The notes: generated by a model not told the origin, from the letters alone. A stretch of DNA of 64,000 nucleotides from Patescibacteria group bacterium (GCA_018819405.1 JAHJQF010000001.1:449377-513376), one strand, 5' to 3'; numbered from the stretch's first letter, positions 39,649 through 52,689 are shown. Numbers and translations are program-made.

Positions 39649-40428
39649 ATGATAGTAGTTTTTGTGTTTATTATCGGGCTTTTTATTGGTAGCTTTTTAA
39701 ATGTCGTGGTTTTTCGTTTGCATAGGCAAGAATCATTTGTCAAAGGAGCATCCAAATGCTTATTTTGTGATCACAGGCTTTATCCCAAAGATTTAGTGCC
39801 ACTTTTTAGCTATTTGTATCTCAAAGGAAGTTGTCGTTATTGTAGACATCGTTTTTCTCCTCAATATCCTTTGGTAGAATTTGTTACAGCTTTAGCTTTT
39901 GTTTTAATTTTTTATCATTTTTTGCCACAGTTCAATTTTTATCATCTAGCAGCTGTTGATATATTGAAAGTTTTAAATTGGTGGGTGATTGTTTCATTTT
40001 TAATAATCATCTTTGTCTATGATTTTAAATATTATCTTATTTTGGATAAAGTTATTTTGCCGGCCGCTTTATTTGCTTTTGTAGCCAATCTATTGTTAGG
40101 TTTTAATCCCTTAAATTTATTGGCCGCAGCTTTGGTAGGTGGTGGTTTTTTTCTTTTTCAATTTGTAGTTTCCAAAGGACGTTGGATAGGAGGAGGCGAT
40201 ATAAGGTTGGGAGCTTTGATGGGTTTTATTTTGGGCTGGCCGCATGTTTTGACCGCCTTATTTTTGGCTTATATATTGGGGAGTATTTTTAGTATATTTT
40301 TGCTCATAAAGGGCAGAAAAGATTGGGGTGACAAGATTCCCTTTGGTACTTTTTTGACCGTGGCTACTTTTGTGGTCATGCTTTATGGTCAAAGTTTGGT
40401 CAATTGGTATTTTTCATTATTTACATAA
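39649..40428 (+). CDS. pilD: Prepilin peptidase PilD
   Basis: GSFLNVV, two CxxC, YPLVE, GGGDIRL, IPFGTFL. Confidence 0.96.
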   Translation: MIVVFVFIIGLFIGSFLNVVVFRLHRQESFVKGASKCLFCDHRLYPKDLVPLFSYLYLKGSCRYCRHRFSPQYPLVEFVTALAFVLIFYHFLPQFNFYHLAAVDILKVLNWWVIVSFLIIIFVYDFKYYLILDKVILPAALFAFVANLLLGFNPLNLLAAALVGGGFFLFQFVVSKGRWIGGGDIRLGALMGFILGWPHVLTALFLAYILGSIFSIFLLIKGRKDWGDKIPFGTFLTVATFVVMLYGQSLVNWYFSLFT

Positions 40429-40450
40429 TCAAATATTAATTTTTTGTCTT

Positions 40451-41146
40451 ATGTTTAGAAATTTTTTCAAAAAAAATTCTGGCTTTACCTTGATGGAATT
40501 GATGGTGGCTATTGCTGTGATTGCTATTATTTCGGCGGTGTCTGTTTTGTATGTTAGGGGCAATATCAATGATGAGGTAGAGATGTATTCCGAAGCTTTA
40601 GCAGCTGATTTGCGACTAGCCAGAAATATGGCCGTATCTCGTACGGTTTACAATTTTGCAGCCCCATATCCTGCTTTAGGAGAAGTCTATCCACCTGGCG
40701 GATATGGAATATATATTTACAAGCCTAGCAGTGGTAGCTCTTCTTATACTATTTTTGCTGATTCTGGTGTAGATGGCGCAGATGGTGGCACAAGTCCACT
40801 TGGTTATGATTCTGATAAAGATCCGATTATAAAGGAAGTTACTATCACTAATACAGATTTGTATTTAGATGATTATAATGCAGCTGGCATTTCTCATTAT
40901 TTTACTTTTAAATCAGAAAATGAAGTAGACACAAATTTTTCTACTGATACTGAAGGCAACTATGAGCTTCTCTTGCGATATCCTGGCACTGGTTATCCGG
41001 CCAAAGGTTATCAATCTGTGTTTCATTTGGGAGAGGCATCGACTGACTCTTATATTTGGACAAATATTGGTATAGAGTACTCCACTTATAGCCCACCAGC
41101 GCCGCCCCCTGCACCGAGAGATCCAATAGATGAAATTAGTTTATAA
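40451..41146 (+). CDS. Minor pilin (FimT/FimU-like)
   Basis: SG|FTLMELMVAIAVI; DLRLARNMA; ATG at 40451 preferred. Confidence 0.88.
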   Translation: MFRNFFKKNSGFTLMELMVAIAVIAIISAVSVLYVRGNINDEVEMYSEALAADLRLARNMAVSRTVYNFAAPYPALGEVYPPGGYGIYIYKPSSGSSSYTIFADSGVDGADGGTSPLGYDSDKDPIIKEVTITNTDLYLDDYNAAGISHYFTFKSENEVDTNFSTDTEGNYELLLRYPGTGYPAKGYQSVFHLGEASTDSYIWTNIGIEYSTYSPPAPPPAPRDPIDEISL

Positions 41147-41155
41147 ATATTTTAC

Positions 41156-41851
41156 GTGTTTAGTCAACATAAAAACCAAATCTTTACTGAGCGCCATTTT
41201 TTTAAAAAAAATAGGGCGGGCTTTACTTTGATAGAGGTGCTTATATCTATTGCTGTTTTAACTATTGGGATTGTCACGGCTCTTGGGCTAGCCATATCCA
41301 ATTTTAATAATAATCGTGATAATTTTTTGAGGGTGACAGGCGCCAATTTAGCTAGAGAGGGTCTAGAGCTTGTCAGAAATGTCAGAGATAGTAATTGGCT
41401 AAAAATTGATTCAAATAATGTTGCCAATTGCGGCAGTACTATTTGTCGTCCGGATGTTGGTCTTTATCAGACTAATCTTTTATATATTGATTATCTTGAT
41501 GATTTGCCAGACTTGATTAGTAGGTCATATAGCTGTAATAATAATTTGATAAATTGCACAACCAATTGCACATCTTGTGTTTTATACAGAAATGCCCAGA
41601 GTTTTTTGGATCATAACAATACTGGATTAGCTACCAATATGAAAAGGTTAATACGCCTACAAAAAATATGTACCGATCCTGGCGAAGTCGATCCACAGGA
41701 CAATGAATATTTGAAAAACATGACCGAAAATTGTAATGCTGGTGACAGCTACATAGGTATGGAGGTGACATCTCACGTCCAGTGGACTAGGAGCAATGGT
41801 TCTTTGGATTATATAGATATTTCAGAAAAACTTTATAATTGGCGTAGATAA
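41156..41851 (+). CDS. Minor pilin (PilV-like)
   Basis: AG|FTLIEVLI; NLAREGLELVRNVRD; LYNWR end. Confidence 0.88.
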   Translation: MFSQHKNQIFTERHFFKKNRAGFTLIEVLISIAVLTIGIVTALGLAISNFNNNRDNFLRVTGANLAREGLELVRNVRDSNWLKIDSNNVANCGSTICRPDVGLYQTNLLYIDYLDDLPDLISRSYSCNNNLINCTTNCTSCVLYRNAQSFLDHNNTGLATNMKRLIRLQKICTDPGEVDPQDNEYLKNMTENCNAGDSYIGMEVTSHVQWTRSNGSLDYIDISEKLYNWRR

Positions 41852-42516
41852 TGAATATATTTTTTAAAAAAATAAAAAGTCAAAATTCAGGTTTCACCTT
41901 GCTAGAGCTTTTGATTTCGGTTTCAGTTTTTTCTCTGCTTGTTTTGGTGATTGCCATGATATACGCGTCTTTCAATAATAGTCAGTTGCATACCAGAGCC
42001 TCTCAGCAGCTCTTGAACAATAGCCAGTACGCTTTGGAGGTTATGGCTAGAGAAATTAGAAAAGACAAAATTGTAAATTTTAATATTACTGATGTTTGGT
42101 GTGACACAATGCTTAGCAATGGCTTGGGTCTTTTTAGTGATTGTATATTTTTGGAAAGAGAAGACGGTCAAACTGTAGTATTTGCTTTATATAAGGTAGA
42201 TACTCTCAATCCGACGGTACTTAACTTGCGTTATATTTTGTTGGATTGCGATGATGATTATACTAGTTGTGATACCAGTTGGAGTAGTACAAACAATAAC
42301 AGCGCAGTGTTTTTGTCGGGAAAATTAAATAATGTAAATGTATCAGCTCTTGATTTTATTATCAATCCAAGTACAGACCCTTATATTGCAGGAGGAGAGG
42401 ATCTCCAGCCAAAGGTAACTATTCGTTTGGAAACAGAATTTTATAGTACCGTTCCAAATGAGCAGGTCAGTCAGACGCTTCAAACTACTATTTCATCGAG
42501 AATATATGCCAGATAA
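41851..42516 (+). CDS. Minor pilin (PilW-like)
   Basis: SG|FTLLELLI; MAREIR; LQTTISSR. Confidence 0.88.
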   Translation: MNIFFKKIKSQNSGFTLLELLISVSVFSLLVLVIAMIYASFNNSQLHTRASQQLLNNSQYALEVMAREIRKDKIVNFNITDVWCDTMLSNGLGLFSDCIFLEREDGQTVVFALYKVDTLNPTVLNLRYILLDCDDDYTSCDTSWSSTNNNSAVFLSGKLNNVNVSALDFIINPSTDPYIAGGEDLQPKVTIRLETEFYSTVPNEQVSQTLQTTISSRIYAR

Positions 42517-43390
42517 TTTACCAAATTCAAAAATAAAGAAACAAGAAGGCATGGTCTTGATAATGGCTATTATGATTTTGTCTTTGATGATGGCCTCAGT
42601 GGTTTTTCTTAGTCGTATTATCATTGGTGAGGTCAGGATGTCTATCAATACAGGGAATTCTATTTCTTCTTTTTATGCTGCTGAAAGTGGGATAGAAAAA
42701 GGCTTGTATTATATCAAATTTGTTCGTGATTTTAGTAATCTGGATCCTTTTGATAATCTATATCAATATAGTGATTCGGTGGGCAACAATCAAAATTTTG
42801 AGATAGTGCAGGCTAGCTCTAGTAGGCCGACTTTTAATGCTTACAATATCACTACTACTACGCCAGCCCATGTAGATATTATTGACCCGTCAGGGGATAT
42901 TTCAAATATTGATTGGGATCCTTCGGCGGCTATTAGTCATGATTATTCTGTGTCTTGGGGTATTGCAGACTGTTTTCCAACTCATGTTTCTGACAGGTTA
43001 GAAATTACTGTATATTCTTTTGATGAAAATGTTTTTACAGATGATATTAGTAATGCTAGGGCAGATGTAGACAAAAAAGTCGTGCTTTGCAATTGCAGTT
43101 ATGCTTCCAGTCCTGATTGTGACAGTTCCATTAGTTCTTTTCCTATTGCCGATGATAGATTTTATCGTTTCAATTTTAGGGCATTGGACGATACAATAGC
43201 TTATTTGAATTTTGATTTATTAGCTGATTCTGTGTCTATTGGCATACCTTCGGAAATGACAGTGACTTCTCAAGGTTCTTATAAAAATTCACGTTTTAAA
43301 ATAAAAGCAGAAGTACCTGCTTTGGTTCCAGTTTCTGACATATTTAGTTATGTTATTTTCTCCGAAGAAGAAATTTTAAAAAATCTTTAA
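42506..43390 (+). CDS. Minor pilin (PilX-like)
   Basis: QEG|MVLIMA without E5; FYAAESGIE; ATG at 42506 preferred. Confidence 0.85.
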   Translation: MPDNLPNSKIKKQEGMVLIMAIMILSLMMASVVFLSRIIIGEVRMSINTGNSISSFYAAESGIEKGLYYIKFVRDFSNLDPFDNLYQYSDSVGNNQNFEIVQASSSRPTFNAYNITTTTPAHVDIIDPSGDISNIDWDPSAAISHDYSVSWGIADCFPTHVSDRLEITVYSFDENVFTDDISNARADVDKKVVLCNCSYASSPDCDSSISSFPIADDRFYRFNFRALDDTIAYLNFDLLADSVSIGIPSEMTVTSQGSYKNSRFKIKAEVPALVPVSDIFSYVIFSEEEILKNL

Positions 43391-45520
<2,130 letters not shown>

Positions 45521-45524
45521 AAAA

Positions 45525-46106
45525 ATGAGAGAATTAATTATTACTAATATTTATATTTTTGTCTTGGCCACTGTTTTGGCAATTTTGGAAATACAGATTG
45601 AGGGTCCAAACGGCTGGGCAAAAAATTTGCCTACTTGGCGTCCCAAAGGTAATAACTTTTTTATAAGGATTTACAAAAAATTTATGAGTGATAGGGAAGT
45701 GACTGGCTATCATATTACTATGTTTAGTTTTGTATTTTTGATTTTACATTTGCCTTATGTCTTTGGTATGGCTCCTTCTATGTTCAATTGGTTGAGGACT
45801 ATTTCTTTCTTTTTTATTTTTGTGGTTTTATGGGATTTTTTATGGTTTGTGCTCAATCCTTATCATCCTCTCAAGACATTTTCCGGTGATCATATTTGGT
45901 GGCACAAAAAGTGGTTTGCTGGCTTGCCAAGAGATTATTATCTAAGCATTTTATTGTCAGGATTGGTACTTTTGCCTATAGTCTGGCATTATCATACGGT
46001 GGGTATTATCTATTGGTGGTTAATCAATCTGGCTTTATTTATTTTTCAGACTATAATGCTCATTCTATTTACACTATATATATATTACGAATTGACAATT
46101 GGATAA
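45525..46106 (+). CDS. Hypothetical membrane protein
   Basis: LEIQIEG..GWA.NLPTWR, TGYH, WDFLWFVLNP, WWH motifs. Confidence 0.8.
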   Translation: MRELIITNIYIFVLATVLAILEIQIEGPNGWAKNLPTWRPKGNNFFIRIYKKFMSDREVTGYHITMFSFVFLILHLPYVFGMAPSMFNWLRTISFFFIFVVLWDFLWFVLNPYHPLKTFSGDHIWWHKKWFAGLPRDYYLSILLSGLVLLPIVWHYHTVGIIYWWLINLALFIFQTIMLILFTLYIYYELTIG

Positions 46107-46240
46107 AAAGGTAGACTAATAGCATAGATTTGTTATAAAATGTAAAGACAGGTTTAGAAATTTACAAGACATAATTTTTATAACAAAGTATAATAATAAC
46201 TGGGCTTAGATAATATTTAACAAATTAAATTTTTAACAAG

Positions 46241-46528
46241 GTGAAATTTGAGGAAAAAGATTTGCTTCATTTAGCTGATTTGGCCAAATTGGAGCTCAGT
46301 CCAGAGGAATTAAAGACTTACAATGAGCAGTTGGAAGATATTTTGTCTTATATAGAAAAAGTAAATCAGCTTGATTTGGAAAACATCAAAGAAAGCTTGA
46401 GTGGAGCGGTAGATCTGGACAATGGACCAAGGCCTGATAGGGTAGTGGAGTCTGATAAAAGTATTATTTCTCAGGCTGGTCGTTTGGAAGGTGATTATGT
46501 TTTGGCGCCTAATGTTTTTGAAAAATAA
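46241..46528 (+). CDS. gatC: Asp/Glu-tRNA amidotransferase subunit C
   Basis: HLA.LAKLEL...E......L..IL.YI; upstream of gatA. Confidence 0.9.
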   Translation: MKFEEKDLLHLADLAKLELSPEELKTYNEQLEDILSYIEKVNQLDLENIKESLSGAVDLDNGPRPDRVVESDKSIISQAGRLEGDYVLAPNVFEK

Positions 46529-46546
46529 TATTTCGACAAATTCAAT

Positions 46547-47995
46547 ATGCCTAAGATAAATTTGGATAAACTTACAATAGATAAAATTCGCAAAGGTCTT
46601 GATGCTGGGGATTTTTCTAGTGAAGAAATAACCACAGCCTATTTGGAACAGATCAAAAAAGATGATACCAATTCTTTTATTTCGATAAATGAACAGGCAA
46701 TCAGTGAAGCCAAAGAAGCGGATAAAAAAATAAAGCAAGGTAAAGCCAGTTTATTTACAGGTCTGCCCATTGCTGTCAAAGATGTGATTTTGGTAAAAGG
46801 TAGTCAAACTACAGCCGGTTCCAAGATGCTGGCAGATTATCAGGCTACTTATACAGCGACAGCTATTCAAAAACTACAGAAGCAGTCTGTAGTTATCTTG
46901 GGCAAAACCAACTGTGATGAATTTGCCATGGGTACTTCCAATGAAAATTCTGCTTATGGACCAGTTTTGAATCCACGAGACAAAACCAGGGTGCCTGGTG
47001 GCTCATCTGGTGGTTCAGCGGCGGCTATAGCTGCCAATCTGGCGCCAATATCACTGGGGACAGATACTGGAGGGTCAGTTCGGCAGCCGGCAGCTTTTTG
47101 TGGTGTGGTTGGCCTCAAACCAAGCTATGGTCGGATATCACGCTATGGTTTGATAGCAATGACTTCTTCTTTGGATCAGATTGGGCCGTTTTCCAATACA
47201 GTCAAAGACAGTGCTTATCTTTTGCAAGCTATGGCCGGGTTTGATGAGCTGGATGCTACCAGTTCCAGACAAGAGGCGGATGATTACATTGCTGACATAG
47301 AAAAGGATGTAAAAAGTCTGAGAATCGGAGTTCCTAAAGAATATTTTTCTGATCATCTGGACAAAGAAATAAAACAGGCAATAGAGGCCAAGATAAAAGT
47401 TTTGGAAAAAGAAGGTTTTCAAATTAAGCAAGTAAGCTTGCCTTATACTGATTATGCACTGGCCGCTTACTATCTAATAGTGCCGGCTGAAGTGAGCTCC
47501 AATTTGGCTCGTTATGATGGTATTTTGTATGGCCTTCGTCCTGACAAGGAAATGACACTGGATCATTGGTATAAGACTGTGCGCAGTCAGGGTTTTGGAG
47601 CAGAAGTAAAGAGAAGGATAATACTTGGTACTTTTGTTTTGTCAGCTGGATATTATGATGCTTATTATAAGAAAGCTCAAAAAGTCAGGACTTTGATAAA
47701 AAATGATTTTGCCAAAGCTTTTGATGAGGTGGACGTACTGCTTACACCTGTTACACCGAGCACAGCTTTTAAACTGGGAGAAAAAATAAATGACCCCTTA
47801 TCTTTATATCTGGCAGATATATTTACAGTCGGGGCTAATATCGCTGGTATTTGCGGCTTAGCTATGCCGATTGCTGAAGATAAAGATAATTTACCTATTG
47901 GCCTGCAATTACTAGCTGCTCCTTTTAAGGAATCAAATTTATTTAAATTGGGAAATTATATAGAAAAATTCACCCAGTTAAATAAATTTAAATAA
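46547..47995 (+). CDS. gatA: Asp/Glu-tRNA amidotransferase subunit A
   Basis: GKTNCDEFAMG, PGGSSGGSAAA, GTDTGGSVRQPA, SSNLARYDG, EVKRRI. Confidence 0.97.
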   Translation: MPKINLDKLTIDKIRKGLDAGDFSSEEITTAYLEQIKKDDTNSFISINEQAISEAKEADKKIKQGKASLFTGLPIAVKDVILVKGSQTTAGSKMLADYQATYTATAIQKLQKQSVVILGKTNCDEFAMGTSNENSAYGPVLNPRDKTRVPGGSSGGSAAAIAANLAPISLGTDTGGSVRQPAAFCGVVGLKPSYGRISRYGLIAMTSSLDQIGPFSNTVKDSAYLLQAMAGFDELDATSSRQEADDYIADIEKDVKSLRIGVPKEYFSDHLDKEIKQAIEAKIKVLEKEGFQIKQVSLPYTDYALAAYYLIVPAEVSSNLARYDGILYGLRPDKEMTLDHWYKTVRSQGFGAEVKRRIILGTFVLSAGYYDAYYKKAQKVRTLIKNDFAKAFDEVDVLLTPVTPSTAFKLGEKINDPLSLYLADIFTVGANIAGICGLAMPIAEDKDNLPIGLQLLAAPFKESNLFKLGNYIEKFTQLNKFK

Positions 47996-48096
47996 AAATA
48001 AATATTTATATAATCTAGTAGAATAGTATATAATATAGTATAGTCATGATTTAAATTTAAAATTTGAGAAACTCAAATTTTATTTAACTGGGTAAA
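47969..48096. repeat. Inverted-repeat element, copy D
   Basis: ttcacccagttaaataaa / tttatttaactgggtaaa; inner hairpin aaaatttgag-aaa-ctcaaatttt. Confidence 0.82.
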
Positions 48097-48107
48097 ATTA
48101 AAAATAT

Positions 48108-48875
48108 ATGGCAACCGGAAAAATAAAAGAAAGGGTAGCTGATGCAGTTGCCCACAGCTACTATAGGCCTTGGTACAAGAGAGGTTGGGTCAAGACAATT
48201 TTTGTTTTATTGATTATCAGTTTTATATTGGCGATTTTTATGGCCATCAAAGTAATTGGTCAGCTATCTCATATCAACAAAGGGGAGATATTTAATCCAG
48301 AGCTAGGCATATGGATGACTGGTGAGGATTATCTAGCTAGTCAAAAATTGGCGGCTGATATTTTGACTGATGATGACCCGTGGTTAGGAGCAGAGGAGCC
48401 AATTGTAAATGTAGTTGTCTACGAATCCTTTGGTTGTCCATTTTGTAAAGAGGATCAGGTCAATATCAAAAGCATGATTGAGAGATTTTCTCCGATTGTA
48501 CGATTTACGGTTCGAGATTTTCCCACAGAAGGAATACATCCGGGAGTTTTTGAGGCTCATCTGGCGGCCAGTTGTGCTTTTGAGCAGGATAGATACTGGG
48601 AGTATGGGGCAAAACTTTTTGAGAATCAAAATGATTTTAAGATAGCTGATTTAAAAACTTATGCCAAAGAACTGAGCTTGGATAGTAAACAGTTTGATGA
48701 ATGTCTGAATAGTCAAAAATATAGTCAGGAGATAAGACAGGATTATGCCGAGGGTGTTGAGTTTGGAGTTGAAGGCACACCTACTTATGTTATAAATGGC
48801 AATATGTTGCCGGGCACTATTTCTTATGATCTCTGGGAGCAAATTATAGGTTATATAGTATCATCACAAAAATAA
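48108..48875 (+). CDS. DsbA-family thioredoxin-fold protein
   Basis: CPFC, RDFP, GVEGTPTYVING; N-terminal TM. Confidence 0.9.
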   Translation: MATGKIKERVADAVAHSYYRPWYKRGWVKTIFVLLIISFILAIFMAIKVIGQLSHINKGEIFNPELGIWMTGEDYLASQKLAADILTDDDPWLGAEEPIVNVVVYESFGCPFCKEDQVNIKSMIERFSPIVRFTVRDFPTEGIHPGVFEAHLAASCAFEQDRYWEYGAKLFENQNDFKIADLKTYAKELSLDSKQFDECLNSQKYSQEIRQDYAEGVEFGVEGTPTYVINGNMLPGTISYDLWEQIIGYIVSSQK

Positions 48876-48876
48876 A

Positions 48877-49674
48877 ATGTATTTTTGGCAAAATTATTTT
48901 CCTTATCCTATATTAGTATCATTTGGACCGATTAGCATTCGTTTTTATGGTCTGATTTTGGTCATAGCCATAATTTCGGCCAGCTATGTGGCTAGAAAAT
49001 ATTTACTTAAAAAATCCTTAATAAATAAAGAACAGTTTGAAGACTTGGCTTTTTGGTTGATAATTTTTGGATTATTTGGTGCTCGTTTTGGGCATGTTGT
49101 TTTTTTTAATTTTTCTTATTATTTACAAAATCCTCAGGATATTATCAAAGTGTGGCATGGCGGATTGTCTATACAAGGAGCATTACTTTTTGGCTTGATG
49201 ACAGCTGTTTTTTGGGCCAGAAAAAACAAAATAAGTTTTTGGCAACTGACTGATGCAGTGGTGCCAGCTGTAGCTCTAGGACAATCTTTTGGCCGTTGGG
49301 GGAATTTTTTTAATCAAGAGCTTTATGGACAACCTGTTTCTTGGGGTATAGCTATAGCTAGAGTAAACAGAGTGATTGGTTATGAATATTTTAATTATTT
49401 TCATCCAGCTTTTTTGTACGAATTTATTTTAAATCTTTGTTTATTTTTTGTCCTACGTTATTTTCTTTGGAAAAAAAGATTTAAAAAAGGTACTGTTACG
49501 CTCCTTTATTTTGCTGGTTATTTTGTGATTAGATTTTTTATGGAGTTTGTCCGTATTGATGAAACACCGGTTGTTTTTGGAATGCGTCTCCCGCAGATGA
49601 TTAGTTTGTGGGGTTTTATTTTTGTATTATTTTTTGTTTATTATATACATATTGATAAAAGAAATAGGGTATGA
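48877..49674 (+). CDS. lgt: Prolipoprotein diacylglyceryl transferase
   Basis: IRFYG, GAR, WHGGLS..G, GRWGNFFNQE.YG, HP.FLYE, RFFMEFVR. Confidence 0.96.
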   Translation: MYFWQNYFPYPILVSFGPISIRFYGLILVIAIISASYVARKYLLKKSLINKEQFEDLAFWLIIFGLFGARFGHVVFFNFSYYLQNPQDIIKVWHGGLSIQGALLFGLMTAVFWARKNKISFWQLTDAVVPAVALGQSFGRWGNFFNQELYGQPVSWGIAIARVNRVIGYEYFNYFHPAFLYEFILNLCLFFVLRYFLWKKRFKKGTVTLLYFAGYFVIRFFMEFVRIDETPVVFGMRLPQMISLWGFIFVLFFVYYIHIDKRNRV

Positions 49675-49747
49675 TAAGCTAAAATAGCTAATAATTAAGA
49701 GTATTTTGTTTAATTTTTATATAGACAAAATACAGAAAGTCATCTAG

Positions 49748-49936
49748 ATGGACGACCAACAAAATTTCGGTCAAGGACCGAAGGTTCAAGGAAACTGGCA
49801 ATGTTCTGACTGCGGTACTGAGATTACTCAATTGCCATTTGAACCAGATGGTGATAGACCAATCTTCTGCAGAGATTGCTATCGCAAAAACAAACCACCA
49901 AGAAAAGATTTTGGAAGAGATAATAGAAGATTTTAA
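49748..49936 (+). CDS. CxxC-x17-CxxC zinc-binding protein
   Basis: CSDCG....LPFEP..DRPIFCRDCY. Confidence 0.9.
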   Translation: MDDQQNFGQGPKVQGNWQCSDCGTEITQLPFEPDGDRPIFCRDCYRKNKPPRKDFGRDNRRF

Positions 49937-49949
49937 AATATTTTGGTGA

Positions 49950-49985
49950 AAAAGAAAAAGTCCCTGACAAGGGACTTTTTCTTTT
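49950..49985. terminator. Bidirectional terminator
   Basis: aaagaaaaagtccct / agggactttttcttt. Confidence 0.8.
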
Positions 49986-49995
49986 TAAGAGAATA

Positions 49996-50244
49996 TTACA
50001 TGTTTGGATTTCCGTTTGCAGGCATTTCTTTTTGGACTTTTTGTTCACACATTTTACAATTTGCTTTGTGTGTAAAAATTTCCCATAAAGCTGCCAGACC
50101 AACTAGTACATAGATAATTCTAGATACCATGGCCTCTTGTCCACCAAAGAGTTGTCCTACATCCCAGCCTAATATACCCACTAGAAGCCAATTTAGTCCG
50201 CCGACTACTAGTAGGAGAAAAGCTAGCATATGCAATGCTTTCAT
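49996..50244 (-). CDS. DUF378 protein
   Basis: LLVVGGLNWLLVG, IYVLVGLAA. Confidence 0.9.
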   Translation of the reverse strand: MKALHMLAFLLLVVGGLNWLLVGILGWDVGQLFGGQEAMVSRIIYVLVGLAALWEIFTHKANCKMCEQKVQKEMPANGNPNM

Positions 50245-50332
50245 AGTACTTTTCCTTTCTACCCCACCAATTTTTATTGTTGGGATTAATTATTTAGTCT
50301 CCATATATTATAGCAAAAATAGGGGAATTTGG

Positions 50333-51208
50333 CTATTTGAAAAATATTGGAATTTCCAAAGCTTCATCATACTCAGGTAGACCCGACGGGTTGTCTTTTT
50401 TTAAGATTAAAGCACCTCGACTACCGTATTCGGGCTGATCAAAAGTAATCTGCCCCTCAAATTCGACAAAATCCTCGGTCATCCAGTCGTCTTTGGCAGT
50501 AGCGTAGCTCTCGGCGATGATTTTGCCGTCCCAGTCTACTAGGATGAGAGGGAAGCTGGCTTCAAAATACCAAGCTCCTCTGGCTAATCCACTGATAGTC
50601 AAAGGGGATGAGATTACTGAACCTAAGGTTGGAGTTTTTAATATTATATTTTCATTTTGGTATGGTATTTCTATCAAAGAGTTATTTTCTACAGCTAGGT
50701 ATTTGGAAGTACCGACTGTAGGCGGCGTAGTCATAGGGTCTTCGGGGAGTCTATCAGCATAATTTACTATAATAAGATTTTCTTTGAAGCTTATATTTTG
50801 CGGAACAATACGATCACCCAATAATATGCCGTTTGTACCAATATATCCTTGTTCAGTATTTAAAGCTACGGCTGCATAATAAAATGTGCTGCTACCATCA
50901 TTGTCTTGGGTTAATATTACTACTGTGTCATCTTTGGCGTCAAAATCAAGATCAGGACCAGCCTCCTCATCAAAAATTTTAATCTTTCCCTCACTCGCTT
51001 GGCCATTTATTAGGGTAATTTTTTGCCCGTCTATGATATAAGATGTATTTTTGGCAGAAAAGCCCTCTTTTAATGCAATATTCTGGTTACCATTTATATT
51101 TCCCGGGATTTGGATAGGCTCTAGTTTGCTAGGCAGAAAGTTGTATATAAGCGCGCTTATGACGACAAAACCAAGAGCAAAAAGTAGAATAATAGTAAAT
51201 TTTTTCAT
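50333..51208 (-). CDS. Membrane-anchored protein with Gmad2 Ig-like domain
   Basis: LLGDRI..Q; SPL.ISG.ARG.WYFEASFP; WMTEDFV; DNPSGLPE. Confidence 0.85.
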   Translation of the reverse strand: MKKFTIILLFALGFVVISALIYNFLPSKLEPIQIPGNINGNQNIALKEGFSAKNTSYIIDGQKITLINGQASEGKIKIFDEEAGPDLDFDAKDDTVVILTQDNDGSSTFYYAAVALNTEQGYIGTNGILLGDRIVPQNISFKENLIIVNYADRLPEDPMTTPPTVGTSKYLAVENNSLIEIPYQNENIILKTPTLGSVISSPLTISGLARGAWYFEASFPLILVDWDGKIIAESYATAKDDWMTEDFVEFEGQITFDQPEYGSRGALILKKDNPSGLPEYDEALEIPIFFK

Positions 51209-51342
51209 ATTATTTAATTAATATTAAGTAATTTGAGTATATCAAAAAATATCTCCTCTGGCGATAGGCCTCGGCAGGTTGTTTTATGTCTTATTAAGTG
51301 ATATTATATTTGCATATTTTTAATTTTTATTTTCTTATATAT

Positions 51343-52689
51343 ATGAATATAAATAGAGATTTGGTCACTGAACCTATACCAAAGCTTATACGCAACATTG
51401 CTATGCCAGCTAGTATAGGTTTTTTCTTCAATACTATGTATAACGTAGTAGATACTTATTATGCTGGCTTTGTGTCTACCGAAGCTTTGGCCGCTTTATC
51501 TTTATCTTTCCCTGTGTTTTTTATTATTATTGCTATGGGTTCGGGTATTTCTACCGGAGCAACCGCTCTAATTGCTCATGCTTCGGGAGAGGACGATTCT
51601 CAAAGCGCCAAATATTATGCTATTCAGGCGATTAGTTTTTCAGTGATGGTGGCTGTGGCTTTAAGTTTCTTGGGATTATTTTTAGCACCATGGCTGTTTG
51701 GTATTTTAGGGGCTAGTGGTCAATATTTGGATTTAGCAGTTTCTTATATAAATATTATATTTTATGGAGCAATATTTTTTCTCCTCAATTTTATATTAAA
51801 TGGTATATTGAACTCACAAGGCGACACCAAGACTTTTAGAAACATTTTGATTGTTGGTTTTGTACTAAATCTTTTGTTTGATCCTTGGTTTATGTTTGGC
51901 GGTTTTGGTCTGCCAGCTATGGGTCTTAGGGGAGTAGCTGTGGCTACGGTTTTTATTCAGTTTATTAGTGTTGTTTATATGTTTTGGAGAGTTTCCAAGA
52001 CGGGAGTTTTTTGTAAAGACTGCCTAAAGATGATAAGACCCCAAAAAAAATATATTTTTGAAATATCAAAGCAAGGCTTTCCAGCTAGCTTAAATATGAT
52101 GACTGTGGCCTTAGGTATTTTTATTATTACTTATTTTATCAGTAAGTACGGCTCAGAGGCTGTAGCTGCCTATGGTATTGCCACTCGTATAGATCAGATT
52201 GCACTTTTGCCGGCCATTGGTGTCAATGTGGCGGCCTTGTCTTTGATTGGTCAAAATAATGGTGCCAAGCAATATGATCGTTGTCGAGAAGTAATCAAAA
52301 AAACCACCAAGTATGGGGCAGTGGTTGGCCTGATTGGTGGGTTTTTGGTTTTTATATTGGCTAGAGTTTTAATGAGTGTCTTTACCAAAGAGGCTAGTAT
52401 TATAGAACACGGTGTCACTTATTTACATATTTCAATATTTGCTTATGTAGCTTACACTTTCTTATTTATTTCTACTTCACTTTTGCAGGGACTAAAAAAA
52501 CCTTTTTATGCTATTTGGATAGGTATATATAGGCAGTTGCTAAGTCCGCCGATTGTTTTTTATTTTTTATCAACAGCTTTAGGCTTGGGCATAGTTGGTA
52601 TTTGGTGGGGTATATTTGCTATTACCTGGAGCGCGGCTATTATTTCATTTTTCTACCTCAGACATATGTCTGATAAAATACTAAAATAA
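51343..52689 (+). CDS. MATE-family efflux transporter
   Basis: YNVVDT..AG, GDTKT, N.L.DP.F.FG....P.MG..G.A.AT, GQNNGA. Confidence 0.93.
   Translation: MNINRDLVTEPIPKLIRNIAMPASIGFFFNTMYNVVDTYYAGFVSTEALAALSLSFPVFFIIIAMGSGISTGATALIAHASGEDDSQSAKYYAIQAISFSVMVAVALSFLGLFLAPWLFGILGASGQYLDLAVSYINIIFYGAIFFLLNFILNGILNSQGDTKTFRNILIVGFVLNLLFDPWFMFGGFGLPAMGLRGVAVATVFIQFISVVYMFWRVSKTGVFCKDCLKMIRPQKKYIFEISKQGFPASLNMMTVALGIFIITYFISKYGSEAVAAYGIATRIDQIALLPAIGVNVAALSLIGQNNGAKQYDRCREVIKKTTKYGAVVGLIGGFLVFILARVLMSVFTKEASIIEHGVTYLHISIFAYVAYTFLFISTSLLQGLKKPFYAIWIGIYRQLLSPPIVFYFLSTALGLGIVGIWWGIFAITWSAAIISFFYLRHMSDKILK

Noticed and set aside
46241-47995. gatB missing after gatCA
   Set aside because: gatB is often encoded elsewhere; cannot be judged from one window.
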